Source of the DNA: an uncultured Actinomycetota bacterium
Lineage (GTDB): Bacteria > Actinomycetota > Actinomycetes > JAFAQI01
Assembly: GCA_963770565.1 (NCBI GenBank)
Contig: CAVYQE010000002.1
Coordinates: forward strand, 656,672 to 720,671
Direction of reading: 5' to 3'
Length of the DNA: 64,000 bases
The notes below the pieces were generated by a model, which did no database searches, was not told the origin of the DNA, and saw nothing but the letters and a program-made list of their open reading frames with translations. Both the position numbers and the translations under genes were made by a program. Position 1 is the first letter of the stretch. Every line of letters starts with the position of its first letter. Positions 38,019 through 47,113 of this stretch are shown one piece after another.

Positions 38019-39455
38019 CTAGCTCTTGACCTTGAGCGAGTGCCCCGATGAGTAGCCGAACATCACGTAGCCGGCGTGGTCGTCGGCCATCGCGCGGTAT
38101 TTGAACGTGCCGACCGCGCTTCCCTTGATCGTGAAGGAGAACGCGCCGCTGGATGACTCCTTGGTCGAGGCGACGTTGTACCAGCGGCCCTTCCGCTCGA
38201 CCTGCAGCCAGACCTTGCGGCCCTTCGCGGCCTTGCTGACCTTGCCCTTGCCGGTGACCTTGTGGCCCTTCTTGATGCTCGACTTCGACAACGAGAACGA
38301 CACGCTCTGGGGGGCAAGCACCGGGTATCCACGGGCGTCGGTCGAGCCGCCCGCCCCGACGCCGAATACGAGCCCACTGCCGTTCGCGTCGAGACCGGCG
38401 TTGAAGGTCGTGTCCTTGATCGCGTTGCCCAGGTCGGTCGGGTGGGTCCAGTGCGTGCCCTTCGTCGTGGAGACCTCGAGCAGGTGGTAGATCGGAGCGA
38501 CAAACTCGGATTCGAAGAACAGGTGGGTGACGCCCGAGGAGTCACGATCGATCGTCGCCCACAGGCCGAGCGTGCTGCCTTTGTAGCCCGGCACGGTGTG
38601 CGCCGAGCCGAAGCTCGAGCCGTTGAAGAAGCGAAGCAGGATGTGGTTCTTCCCCTTGGTCTGGATGGTCAAGAGCGCTTTGCCGGACATCCCGAGCAGC
38701 TCCTCGTGCGGGAAACTCGCGACCGACGAGTACGACGACGGCGAGTTGAAGTCCATGCCCGACGGTGCGTACTGGACCTTCGTCGTGTCGTCCGAACCGA
38801 GGATGTCGTCTGCGACGAGCAACCCGCTCTGGTAGGTGCCGAGCGCCTCGGTTGTCGGCTCGGTTGCCTCGACCGTCGCCGGGCCGGCCGACGGGGAGCT
38901 CGCGTTGTCGGGGATGCTCTCGATCTCGGTCCCGAACGTCGGCGAGGCGCCGACGAAGACGATGTTGCCTCCGATTCGGACCGCGGCATTGACATCGATC
39001 GCGCTGACCTTCACACCCGGTCCGAACGCATGTCCGCCATCGGTCGAGGTGTACAGGACATCGCCGTTCGGGTCGGCGTCGCAGCAGGCAGCCTGAAGGA
39101 CGACGACGGTGTCCGAGGACAACGCGAAGACCTGCGTGACGTCGAAGATGTCATTCGTGCCGACTGGAGCGAGCTTCACATCGCTCGTGCAGGAGTGGCC
39201 ACCTCGGGCGAGCACGCACACCCTCGCCGCGCCCTGGTGATTCTTGGTCGCGACGCCGTAGGCCACGACAAGGTCGCCGTTAGCGAGGATGGCGACGTTG
39301 CCGGCCGTCTCCGACGAGCCGATCTTGAACGGCTTCAGCTCAGGCTGCGGCTCGCCCTTGATCCCCTTGGCGTGGGCCGAGGCCGCGCCGGACATCAGCG
39401 GTACGACGCAGAGCACGCCGGCGGCGAGAGCGATGAGGGGTCGTCGTGTGCGCAT
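38019..39455 (-). CDS. Secreted protein with C-terminal Ig-like domain; possibly a longer membrane-anchored HTH-XRE protein (start 39749)
   Basis: Signal peptide MRTRRPLIALAAGVLCVVPLMSGAASAHA with AAGGGAG RBS at ATG 39455. The same frame stays open upstream and encodes an XRE-type HTH (LRAFRDRLGVGQAQLAHQVLGSFATVKRWEAGRHR). C-terminal ~90 aa resemble the C-termini of 30097..31734 and 41560..42834. Confidence 0.55.
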   Translation of the reverse strand: MRTRRPLIALAAGVLCVVPLMSGAASAHAKGIKGEPQPELKPFKIGSSETAGNVAILANGDLVVAYGVATKNHQGAARVCVLARGGHSCTSDVKLAPVGTNDIFDVTQVFALSSDTVVVLQAACCDADPNGDVLYTSTDGGHAFGPGVKVSAIDVNAAVRIGGNIVFVGASPTFGTEIESIPDNASSPSAGPATVEATEPTTEALGTYQSGLLVADDILGSDDTTKVQYAPSGMDFNSPSSYSSVASFPHEELLGMSGKALLTIQTKGKNHILLRFFNGSSFGSAHTVPGYKGSTLGLWATIDRDSSGVTHLFFESEFVAPIYHLLEVSTTKGTHWTHPTDLGNAIKDTTFNAGLDANGSGLVFGVGAGGSTDARGYPVLAPQSVSFSLSKSSIKKGHKVTGKGKVSKAAKGRKVWLQVERKGRWYNVASTKESSSGAFSFTIKGSAVGTFKYRAMADDHAGYVMFGYSSGHSLKVKS

Positions 39456-39802
39456 CTTGGGACTCCCTTTGTGTGCGGCCGTGAGGCCGGCCGCCGATCT
39501 GCGGTGCCGGCCGGCTTCCCACCGCTTGACGGTGGCGAAGGAGCCCAGCACCTGGTGGGCGAGCTGTGCCTGGCCGACCCCAAGGCGATCACGGAACGCC
39601 CGAAGCCGGTTGGCCTGCTCGCTGTGGAGCGGTTCAACGGCATGCAGCCGCCGCGGCACCGTGGCTCCTGTCTCGACCCGCGGACACATCTGCGCCGAGC
39701 CGCACCCCCGGATTGTTATAGCACCCCGGACCGGGGTGGCGCCGCGCAACCGTCGCGCCCGTCGGGCCGTCGGGCCGTCACGTCGGGATTAGCCTCTGGC
39801 GC

Positions 39803-40741
39803 ATGACCTTACGGATATTCACCGAGCCTCAGCAGGGGGCGTCGTACGACCAACTCCTTGCCGTTGCGACGACGGCGGAGGAGTGCGACTTCGGCGCGTT
39901 CTTCCGCTCGGACCACGTGCTCAAGATGGGTTCAGTCACCGGACTACCGGGCGCCACGGACGCATGGATCACCCTCGCCGGCCTGGCCCGCGACACCGCC
40001 TCGATCCGGCTCGGAACTCTGGTCACGCCGGTGACCTTCCGCCAACTCGGGATGTTCGTGGTCGCCGCGGCTCAGGTCGACCAGATGAGCGGCGGCCGGG
40101 TCGAGGTCGGCCTCGGCGCCGGTTGGTACGACGCGGAACACCGCGCCTTCGGCATACCGTTCCCGCCGATCGGAGCGCGCTACGACCTGCTCGAGGACCA
40201 GCTGACGATCCTGCACGGCGCGTGGACCGCGCCGGCCGGGACCACCTTCGACCACGAGGGCTTCACCTGCGGAGTGTCGATCAACCCCGACACGGTCCGG
40301 CCGGCGCAGCGCCCCCATCCGCCGATCGTGCTCGGCGGCCGCGGCCAGCAGCGCTCGGCCCGGCTCGCGGTCGCCTACGCCGACGAATACAACACTGCGT
40401 TCGTTCCGGTGGAGACGATGCGCGAGGTCCACGACCGGGTTCGTCAGGCTTGCGATGCGTCCGGGCGCGATCCCGACTCGCTCGTGTATTCGGTCGGGCA
40501 GGTCTTGTGCTGCGGCGAGGACGAAGCCGAGATCAAGCGGCGGGCGAAGGCGATCGGCCGCGACGTCGCCGAGCTCCGCGAGAACGGCCTCGCCGGCACA
40601 CCGGCTGAGGTCCTCGACAAGATCGGCACGTTCGCCGATGCCGGCGCCGAGCGCTTCTACCTTCAGGTGCTCGACCTGAGCGACCTCGACCACCTGCGGC
40701 TGGTCGCCGAGCAGGTCATGCCACACGCGCCGGGCCGCTGA
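39803..40741 (+). CDS. LLM-class F420-dependent oxidoreductase (luciferase-like monooxygenase family)
   Basis: Typical TIGR03560-like N-terminus MTLRIFTEPQQGASYDQLLAVA...FFRSDHVL...; 312 aa. Confidence 0.85.
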   Translation: MTLRIFTEPQQGASYDQLLAVATTAEECDFGAFFRSDHVLKMGSVTGLPGATDAWITLAGLARDTASIRLGTLVTPVTFRQLGMFVVAAAQVDQMSGGRVEVGLGAGWYDAEHRAFGIPFPPIGARYDLLEDQLTILHGAWTAPAGTTFDHEGFTCGVSINPDTVRPAQRPHPPIVLGGRGQQRSARLAVAYADEYNTAFVPVETMREVHDRVRQACDASGRDPDSLVYSVGQVLCCGEDEAEIKRRAKAIGRDVAELRENGLAGTPAEVLDKIGTFADAGAERFYLQVLDLSDLDHLRLVAEQVMPHAPGR

Positions 40742-40748
40742 GCCTCGC

Positions 40749-41489
40749 TCAGCTGAAGAGTTCGCCGAGCGGGCAGGTCGGCACCGCGATCCAGCCTTCG
40801 GTCGCGGCCGCGACCGCCTGCTCCGGATCCGGCGTCGTGACCCGGCCGAGCGCAGCGGCCCGCGCGATGAACGCGCACAGGACCGCGTCCAGCGCGTCGT
40901 CGGAGCGGCTGCATAGCGCTGCCTCCGCTGCGCCGAGCCGAAGGCCGGGTGCCGCGCCGAGTAAGTCTCGGATCAGCTCGTCGCGGGTGGCCGCGCTGCC
41001 GGCCCCTTTGTAGCGCGGCCGGTAGAGCCCCCATTGTCGCAACGCAGCGGCCGGGTAGGACTCGACCACCAGGCCGGAGCCTGCTCGGTCGACCGGGCAG
41101 CCGGCGTCGGCGAGCGCTGAGAGGAGGCCGGCGGCGCGCATCGCGGCGTGACCGATCAGGTCGGCCGAGACGCTGAGTGGTCTGATCCCGAACTGAGCGA
41201 TCACGGCGAGGTCGGTCGTGCGGTAGGCGAGCCGGCGACGAGCGGCCAAGTCGGTCGGCGGGATCGGCTGGCCGGCGCGATGGGCGTTCAGGAACTCGAC
41301 GAACGGCTCCGGCCAGCCGAGTGGGCAGTCGATCCCTACCTTCTCGGCGTCGCCGAGTGCCGCGACGATTTGCTCGTCGGTCTGCCCGACCACGAGCCGC
41401 TCGACCTCAGCCGAGCCGTCGCGCCAGGTGATCGCGGCAAGCGCCGTACGACGCGGCTCGGCCGCGAGGTCAACGCCGACCGTTCGCAC
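40749..41489 (-). CDS. DUF429-family protein (RNase H-like fold)
   Basis: MRTVGVDLAAEP...GIDCPLGWP... matches the DUF429 pattern; 246 aa. Confidence 0.65.
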   Translation of the reverse strand: MRTVGVDLAAEPRRTALAAITWRDGSAEVERLVVGQTDEQIVAALGDAEKVGIDCPLGWPEPFVEFLNAHRAGQPIPPTDLAARRRLAYRTTDLAVIAQFGIRPLSVSADLIGHAAMRAAGLLSALADAGCPVDRAGSGLVVESYPAAALRQWGLYRPRYKGAGSAATRDELIRDLLGAAPGLRLGAAEAALCSRSDDALDAVLCAFIARAAALGRVTTPDPEQAVAAATEGWIAVPTCPLGELFS

Positions 41490-41559
41490 CGCGCCATCGT
41501 CGCAGCGCCCGGGCGCTTACGGGTTCGGGCCGGACCGGAACGTCAGGCTCAAGCGTCAC

Positions 41560-42834
41560 TCAGCAGGCGAAGGTCTTCGTGGCCTGGCCGGCGAGGTGGG
41601 TCGGGTCGCCCGGATAGCGCGCGACGATCCGGCACTTGCCGGCCGACTGGCGCCTGAAGGTGGCCGACAGCTTGCTGCTGTGGCTCAGGACCTTGTGCAG
41701 CGCGGAGACCTTGCGGAACTTGCCACCCCGCTTACGCAGCAGCGTCACCACCGCGTGCCGGCCGGCCCGGCTCGGCTTGACGGTCGCCGAGACGGTCAGA
41801 CTGGCCGCGGTCTTCGTCACGTTCGCGGACACAGCGGTGCCCAGGACCTTGTGCGTGATCGGTGGGCTCAGTCCGCCACTGCCGTCGACGACCTGCAAGG
41901 TCACGGTGTAGGTCCGCACCCGCGACGGCGATGCGGGATAGACGTGCTTCACCTTCGGGGTCATCGTGGTTGCGGTCTTGCCATCGCCGAACGTCCACTT
42001 CCACTTCGCGATCTGCCCGCCCGGACTTGCCGCCGACGACCCCGATCCGTTGAAGCTCGCGGTCGATCCGGACAGCGACTGGCTGAACTTCGCCGTCGGT
42101 GGGAACAACGCGAGGTTGAGCGACACCGTGGCCGACTCGGAAACCGCCTTGGGCTCACCGGGCAGGACGTCGTCGACCTCGGTCGAGTATTCGACCGCGA
42201 GCTCGATCTCGTCGTCGGCGGGCAGAGTGAACGACTCCGCCCAGCCCTGCGAATGCGGCTTGGTCGGCGTGCACTCACCACTGAACACGTGGAAGTGCCG
42301 GTGGATGGTCGAGCCGATGAGGTCGACCGTCACCGATGCGCACGAGTCGTTGGGGTCGGTGTTGGTCGCCTGGATGAAACCACTGAAAAACACCGGCACG
42401 GGCACCGTGGTCGTGAGGTCGACGCTGAACGAGCCGTCGGAGTCTGCGTCCGGCACCGCCGGGCCGTTCCCGGTCGCGGTCGCGTGCGAGGTCGACGTAC
42501 CGTCCATCGCGATGTCGTTGATCGGGCTGATCGGGAACGGCGGCTGACCAGAGGTCTCGAGGCTGGACGCCTGGCTGATGAACGCCTGCGCCGTCCCCTC
42601 TTGCGCCGAGGAGGCCTTAGGCGCACGGTGCGTCCCGAAGGTCAGGAAGTTGTCACCGGATACGTCGTCCTGCGCCTGATGGTTGTCGTCGGCGAACTGG
42701 AAGTAGTCGAGATCGGCTGAGTCACTCTCGACCTGCACCGGCGGGTCCGGCGCCGCCATCGCCGGGATGGCCGAGAGCGCGGGCAGGCACAACCCCGCCG
42801 CAAGCAGAATCGCGATCCTTCGACGTCCGCGCAT
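41560..42834 (-). CDS. Secreted PKD-domain protein
   Basis: Signal peptide MRGRRRIAILLAAGLCLPALSAIPAMA. PKD motif WKWTFGDGKTATTMTPKVKHVYPASPSRVRTYTVTLQVVDGSG. C-terminal Ig-like domain shared with other secreted proteins in the window. Confidence 0.75.
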   Translation of the reverse strand: MRGRRRIAILLAAGLCLPALSAIPAMAAPDPPVQVESDSADLDYFQFADDNHQAQDDVSGDNFLTFGTHRAPKASSAQEGTAQAFISQASSLETSGQPPFPISPINDIAMDGTSTSHATATGNGPAVPDADSDGSFSVDLTTTVPVPVFFSGFIQATNTDPNDSCASVTVDLIGSTIHRHFHVFSGECTPTKPHSQGWAESFTLPADDEIELAVEYSTEVDDVLPGEPKAVSESATVSLNLALFPPTAKFSQSLSGSTASFNGSGSSAASPGGQIAKWKWTFGDGKTATTMTPKVKHVYPASPSRVRTYTVTLQVVDGSGGLSPPITHKVLGTAVSANVTKTAASLTVSATVKPSRAGRHAVVTLLRKRGGKFRKVSALHKVLSHSSKLSATFRRQSAGKCRIVARYPGDPTHLAGQATKTFAC

Positions 42835-42936
42835 ACCGGCCCCTCACCTAGGACCGAGCCCCCCGGCTCGCTGCGGGCAGGATAACCGCGCGGGGACCAA
42901 GACGCACTACGTTCACTCAGATCACCCGGTGCCCGA

Positions 42937-42997
42937 GTTGATCATGGCGATCCGAGCGGTCTGGCTAACGAAACGCGCGCTTTTCGCCATGATCAAC
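42937..42997. repeat. Family-2 palindromic element, copy D1 (61 bp)
   Basis: GTTGATCATGGCGATCCGAGC...GCGCTTTTCGCCATGATCAAC: 13-bp terminal inverted repeats GTTGATCATGGCG / CGCCATGATCAAC. Lies about 100 bp upstream of the PKD-protein start. Second copy at 45820..45880. Confidence 0.75.
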
Positions 42998-43007
42998 TCG
43001 TCGTGGG

Positions 43008-43388
43008 CTAGCGGCCTTCGAGCCAGCCGCCGAACGACATCACCGACCAGCCTCCGACCGGTGTCTGCGGCGTCAGCGGCTCGGGCGGGGTCATCGGCGT
43101 CTCAGGCGTCATCGGGGTGATCGGCCGGACCGGCGGCGTCGGGGTCACCGGGATCGCGGTGCCTTCCGGCTTCTGATCCGACCCCCACGCGACCACGCAG
43201 CCCTGCCGGTCCAGACAGGTGGTTCCGTCGACCGGGCCGCACCAGCGATCGCCTTCGACCGACCAGGCGTTGCCGTCCACGACGTAGGCCACCCAGTGCA
43301 TCGTCGGATCCCAGATGTCGGCCGTGGTCGGGTCGTACCAACCCACGAGATTCGCGCCAGCGTCGTACAACGCCCTCATGGCCTGCAC
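43008..43388 (-). CDS. Hypothetical protein with Pro/Thr-rich C-terminus
   Basis: Good GC3 bias but no recognisable domain and no signal peptide. MRALYDAGANLVGWYDPTTADIWDP... Confidence 0.3.
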   Translation of the reverse strand: MQAMRALYDAGANLVGWYDPTTADIWDPTMHWVAYVVDGNAWSVEGDRWCGPVDGTTCLDRQGCVVAWGSDQKPEGTAIPVTPTPPVRPITPMTPETPMTPPEPLTPQTPVGGWSVMSFGGWLEGR

Positions 43389-43401
43389 CCTAGACGACGC
43401 G

Positions 43402-44496
43402 TTACCCGGCGCTTCCGGACTTGAGGTACGGCGTTAAGTCGAGTCCGCCGGCGGCGAGGATGTGACCGTTCGCGACGTCTTGGCACCCCCGGGCGCGATA
43501 CCAGAGATCGACGTCCGGCCCGGCGGGGTAGTGGAAGGCCACGATATCGATCGAGCCGTCGTCCATCGGGCAATAGAACACGGCGCCATCGATGTGCCCG
43601 AGCCGGATCTGCAATGCCTGCCGCGACAGTCGCGCCGCGCTGCCGGTCGACAGGACGATGCGTCGGGCCAGGCTCAACCGCGCCTTCGCGTTGAGTCCGC
43701 CGTACTCGCAGATCACAGCCGAGCTCGGGCGGGCCGACGGGAGCAGCGCCTGGTCGAGCCCTGGGCCCGGGTTGGTGACCCCGACGTCGCCCTGGTCGCT
43801 GCGCGGGCATCCGCCGGACACTGTGACCCGCAGTCTCGGGCCGGTCGCGATGTCGCGCACTGGTCGCGGGTCGATCCAGTTGCCCTCGCCATCAGCTCGG
43901 ATGATCGTTCCGCCTCGGACCGTCGCGAGACCGACGTCGAGCTGCAACTCCTGGGCGTATGAGCGGTCGGGCTCGTTCCAAGCCATTCCCTCAGTGGTGA
44001 TGCCGCCGGTCACCGTTCCGCCACTCGACGTACCGCTCTGTTCGAGACCGGCCGGCGGGTGCGCCTTGAGATAGGCGAATACGGTCGCCATCGGCATCGT
44101 CGTCCGCCAGAAGCGATGCCGGTCGACCAACGACGACCCCTGTGGGATGCCCACCGCGGGTCCCGCCAACTGCCGTTGCGGGCCCTTGATCGGCGTGATG
44201 CCGGACGGCAACCGCGCGAGGCGGAGCAACCGGGCCGCCTCCTTGCGGGTCGCCGCCCGGTTCTGCGCGGCGGTCGCCGTCGAGATCGGTTGAGTCGAGG
44301 CCTCGGCGCTGGCGGAGGGGCCGGTCGACGATCCGGGCGGCACACCCTCAGCGCCCGACGACCCGGCCGTGCACCCCACGCAGGCCAAGACGGTCGCCGC
44401 AGCGGCCACGCCGAGACTCAGCCTCACAGCACTTGGACGCGGCGGAGCATCACTCGGTTCCCACTGGCGGGCCTTTCTCAGTATCGGCCGGTGCAC
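43402..44496 (-). CDS. Secreted/lipoprotein-like hypothetical protein
   Basis: N-terminal hydrophobic segment LGVAAAATVLACVGCTAGSSG followed by a Ser/Thr/Ala-rich linker; 364 aa. Confidence 0.5.
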   Translation of the reverse strand: MHRPILRKARQWEPSDAPPRPSAVRLSLGVAAAATVLACVGCTAGSSGAEGVPPGSSTGPSASAEASTQPISTATAAQNRAATRKEAARLLRLARLPSGITPIKGPQRQLAGPAVGIPQGSSLVDRHRFWRTTMPMATVFAYLKAHPPAGLEQSGTSSGGTVTGGITTEGMAWNEPDRSYAQELQLDVGLATVRGGTIIRADGEGNWIDPRPVRDIATGPRLRVTVSGGCPRSDQGDVGVTNPGPGLDQALLPSARPSSAVICEYGGLNAKARLSLARRIVLSTGSAARLSRQALQIRLGHIDGAVFYCPMDDGSIDIVAFHYPAGPDVDLWYRARGCQDVANGHILAAGGLDLTPYLKSGSAG

Positions 44497-44501
44497 GAGT
44501 C

Positions 44502-45680
44502 TTACGGCGTTGCGCCGGCCGCCGTGGCGATCACGCCGACCAGTCCGGCAGCGATAAGTGTGAGCACGAGGTTGCGTCGCAACGGGATCAGCGCGACCGC
44601 CGCCGCCGCGAGCACGCCGTATTGCCAGGGCTGGGTCAGGGCGCGCGCGAGTGGCACCGCCGAGCCGAGGATGGCACCGATCGCGGCGGGTCCGGCGCCT
44701 TCGAGGAAGGCGCGGGCACGCTTGTCGTTACGAACCCGGCCGAAGCGGTCGGCGCCGAGCAGGACGAAGCCGAACGACGGCGCGAAGGCGACGAGGGCAG
44801 CAAGGAGTCCGCCGCCGCCGACGGCTGCGGCGTACCCGACCACGGCAACGGTCTGCACCACCGGGCCGGGAGTGATCTGGCCGAGCGCGACGGCGTTGAG
44901 AAACTGCCCGCCGCTCATCCAGTGGTAGTGGCTCACCGCGTCGGCCTGCATCAGCGGGATGATCACGAAGCCGCCGCCGTACGACAGCGCACCGACTTTG
45001 AACGCCACCCAGCACAGGCTGAGCAAGGCTCCGCTCCCGACCGCGCCGGCAACAAACGGCAACGGCGCGATCGCGAGGGTGCGCGCCGACGGTGAGACGG
45101 CCCGCCGCGCGACGATCTCGATGAGACCGCACGCAAGAAGCACGACGACCAGCCAGGGACCGACCGTCGCGGCCGCGACGCCGCCGGCGACGAGGTAGCC
45201 GATCCAGCGAACCCGGTGACTGCGCCGGGCCCAGCTGGACGGGATCAAACCGGTGCCCGCCTGTACGGCGACGGCCGCAACCGCTGCCCCGGTTCCGGCG
45301 CCGGCCCCGAGAACCCAGCGAGGTGGCGAGCCGGACAGGAACAGCGCGCCAAGGGCGAGGATCACCACCAGCCCCGGGACGATGAACGCGGCACCGCCGA
45401 CAAGTGCGCCCACTCGCCCGCGCAGCCGCCACGCGCAGTAGATCGCGAGCTGGGTCGAGGCCGGTCCCGGCAACAGGTTGCAGGTTGCAATCGCGTCCTC
45501 GAAATCCGCGGCGTCGATCCAGCCTCGTCGGTCGACACAGAGCTGTCTCAGCAGCTTGATGTGAGTGGGCGGCCCGCCGAACCCGATGCACCCGATCCGG
45601 CCCCACTCGCGAGCGACCGTGAGCAGTGCCGGCGCGGCAGCAGTCCCGCCATCGACGAGCTCGCGTTCACTCACCGGCAC
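44502..45680 (-). CDS. chrA: Chromate ion transporter (CHR family)
   Basis: Duplicated CHR halves with GFGGP..H and FKVGALSYGGGFVIIPLM motifs. The track start (45716) would overlap tRNA-Ser(UGA) by 25 nt; start moved to an in-frame GTG near 45674-45680. Confidence 0.8.
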   Translation of the reverse strand: MPVSERELVDGGTAAAPALLTVAREWGRIGCIGFGGPPTHIKLLRQLCVDRRGWIDAADFEDAIATCNLLPGPASTQLAIYCAWRLRGRVGALVGGAAFIVPGLVVILALGALFLSGSPPRWVLGAGAGTGAAVAAVAVQAGTGLIPSSWARRSHRVRWIGYLVAGGVAAATVGPWLVVVLLACGLIEIVARRAVSPSARTLAIAPLPFVAGAVGSGALLSLCWVAFKVGALSYGGGFVIIPLMQADAVSHYHWMSGGQFLNAVALGQITPGPVVQTVAVVGYAAAVGGGGLLAALVAFAPSFGFVLLGADRFGRVRNDKRARAFLEGAGPAAIGAILGSAVPLARALTQPWQYGVLAAAAVALIPLRRNLVLTLIAAGLVGVIATAAGATP

Positions 45681-45691
45681 CGTCGCATTTG

Positions 45692-45780
45692 CGGAGGGCG
45701 TGGGATTCGAACCCACGATGACGCTTCCGCGCCATAGCGGTTTTCAAGACCGCCGCCATCGGCCACTAGGCGAGCCCTCC
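45692..45780 (-). tRNA. tRNA-Ser (anticodon UGA), type II
   Basis: Reverse complement GGAGGGCTCGCCTAGTGGCCGATGGCGGCGGTCTTGAAAACCGCTATGGCGCGGAAGCGTCATCGTGGGTTCGAATCCCACGCCCTCCG. Anticodon loop CTTGAAA, long variable arm. Confidence 0.85.
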
Positions 45781-45819
45781 GAGTCGTGAGGCTACGGGAT
45801 CGAGCTCAGGTCCACCCGG

Positions 45820-45880
45820 GTTGATCATGGCGATCCGAGCCGATTTTGGATCGGAGACCGCGCTCTTCGCCATGATCAAC
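45820..45880. repeat. Family-2 palindromic element, copy D2 (61 bp)
   Basis: GTTGATCATGGCGATCCGAGCCGATTTTGGATCGGAGACCGCGCTCTTCGCCATGATCAAC. Same termini and length as D1 with a different centre (internal CCGAT/ATCGG sub-palindrome). Lies 40 bp upstream of the tRNA-Ser(UGA) 5' end and abuts the corA stop. Confidence 0.75.
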
Positions 45881-46883
45881 GTGTCCCGATGTCTCCCTCT
45901 GGTGGCTGCCGACGAAACCACGCGAGCAAAATCACGCACGGAACGACGAGACCACCGAATCCGAGAACGGCGAACTCCCGCACGCTGTCCATGTGGCCGA
46001 CCAGCCACCCGAAGTTCTGCCCGAAGAAGCCGGTGACGAACGTCAGTGGCAGGAACACGGTGGCGATCTTCGTGAGCTGCTCCATGGACGCGTTCTGCCG
46101 GACGCTGACCCGGGTCTGCTCGACCGAGACCACGGCGATGTTCGCTTCGAGGATCGTGGTCAGCAGGTCGCGCTGCGCAGCGACCTCCTCGTTGATCAGC
46201 AGCAGGTGGTCATGGACGTCGCGGAAGTACGGCACCAGCTCGGTCTCGCGAACGGCGCGCTCATTGATCGAAAGCACGGCGAGCAGCGGGTGCACTGCCC
46301 GGTAGAAGTCGGTCACCTCGCGGCGCAGGAAGTAGATCCGCTCGGTGGGAGCGACGGTGCCTGAGAAGACGGTGGCCTCGACCTGCTCGATGTCGCGTTC
46401 CAGCTCGGCAACGACGGGCGCGTAGCCGTCGACGATCTGATCGAGGATGGCCCACAGCGCGGAGTAGGGCCCGACCTCGAGCAGTTCGGGGCGTTGTTCG
46501 AGTCGTTGCCGTGCATCTCGCAACTCGGACGCGACTCCCTGGCGGACGGTGATCACGAAGCTGGGGCCGATGAACACGCTGATCTCGCCGAAGTCGACTT
46601 CCTCGCGCTCATCGTCGTAACGTGCCGTGCGCAGGATTACCAGATGCACACCGCCGTCGTACGGCTCAACCTTCGGCCGTAGATGCAGCGACTGCGCGTC
46701 CTCGACCGCGAGTTCGTGCAGGCCGAAGCTCTCGCTCACCAACGCAAGCTCGTCGGCGGAGGGCTCGAACAGGCCTAGCCAGACGAACCCTCCGTCGCGA
46801 CACCGCTGGGCCGCCTCTTCGAGGGACATCGGCGGGCTCTCTTGGCGACGCCCGTCACGGTAGTGAGCACAGTCGATGATCAT
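45876..46883 (-). CDS. corA: CorA-family magnesium/cobalt transporter
   Basis: Two C-terminal TM helices with a GxN-type loop (FFGQNFGW); soluble N-terminal domain; 335 aa. Confidence 0.8.
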   Translation of the reverse strand: MIIDCAHYRDGRRQESPPMSLEEAAQRCRDGGFVWLGLFEPSADELALVSESFGLHELAVEDAQSLHLRPKVEPYDGGVHLVILRTARYDDEREEVDFGEISVFIGPSFVITVRQGVASELRDARQRLEQRPELLEVGPYSALWAILDQIVDGYAPVVAELERDIEQVEATVFSGTVAPTERIYFLRREVTDFYRAVHPLLAVLSINERAVRETELVPYFRDVHDHLLLINEEVAAQRDLLTTILEANIAVVSVEQTRVSVRQNASMEQLTKIATVFLPLTFVTGFFGQNFGWLVGHMDSVREFAVLGFGGLVVPCVILLAWFRRQPPEGDIGTR

Positions 46884-47113
46884 GGCAAACCGCCCCGGTG
46901 TAGCAGCGTGGATCCGTCCCGCTGATCGTCCCCCATGAGCGGCCCGGCTCCTAGCTCGGGAATCGGTCGCCCGTCAGGGTCGAGTCAGGGCGCCGGCGTA
47001 GCCCTGGACGGGCACCGAGAACAAGTTCACTCGGTTTCTGACTACCCATCAGAAAGATTGGGCAGTACGTTCCCATGAGAACAGGTTCTCGTTTTCGAGA
47101 CGACGGAGGATCT

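Noticed and set aside
45681-45716. Track start of the chromate transporter ORF at 45716
   Set aside because: Would overlap tRNA-Ser(UGA) by 25 nt; an in-frame GTG further in gives a normal CHR N-terminus, so the start was moved.
47077-47090. GAGAACAGGTTCTC as a LexA/Cheo SOS box
   Set aside because: The Gram-positive LexA consensus is GAAC-N4-GTTC; here the spacer is 2 bp.
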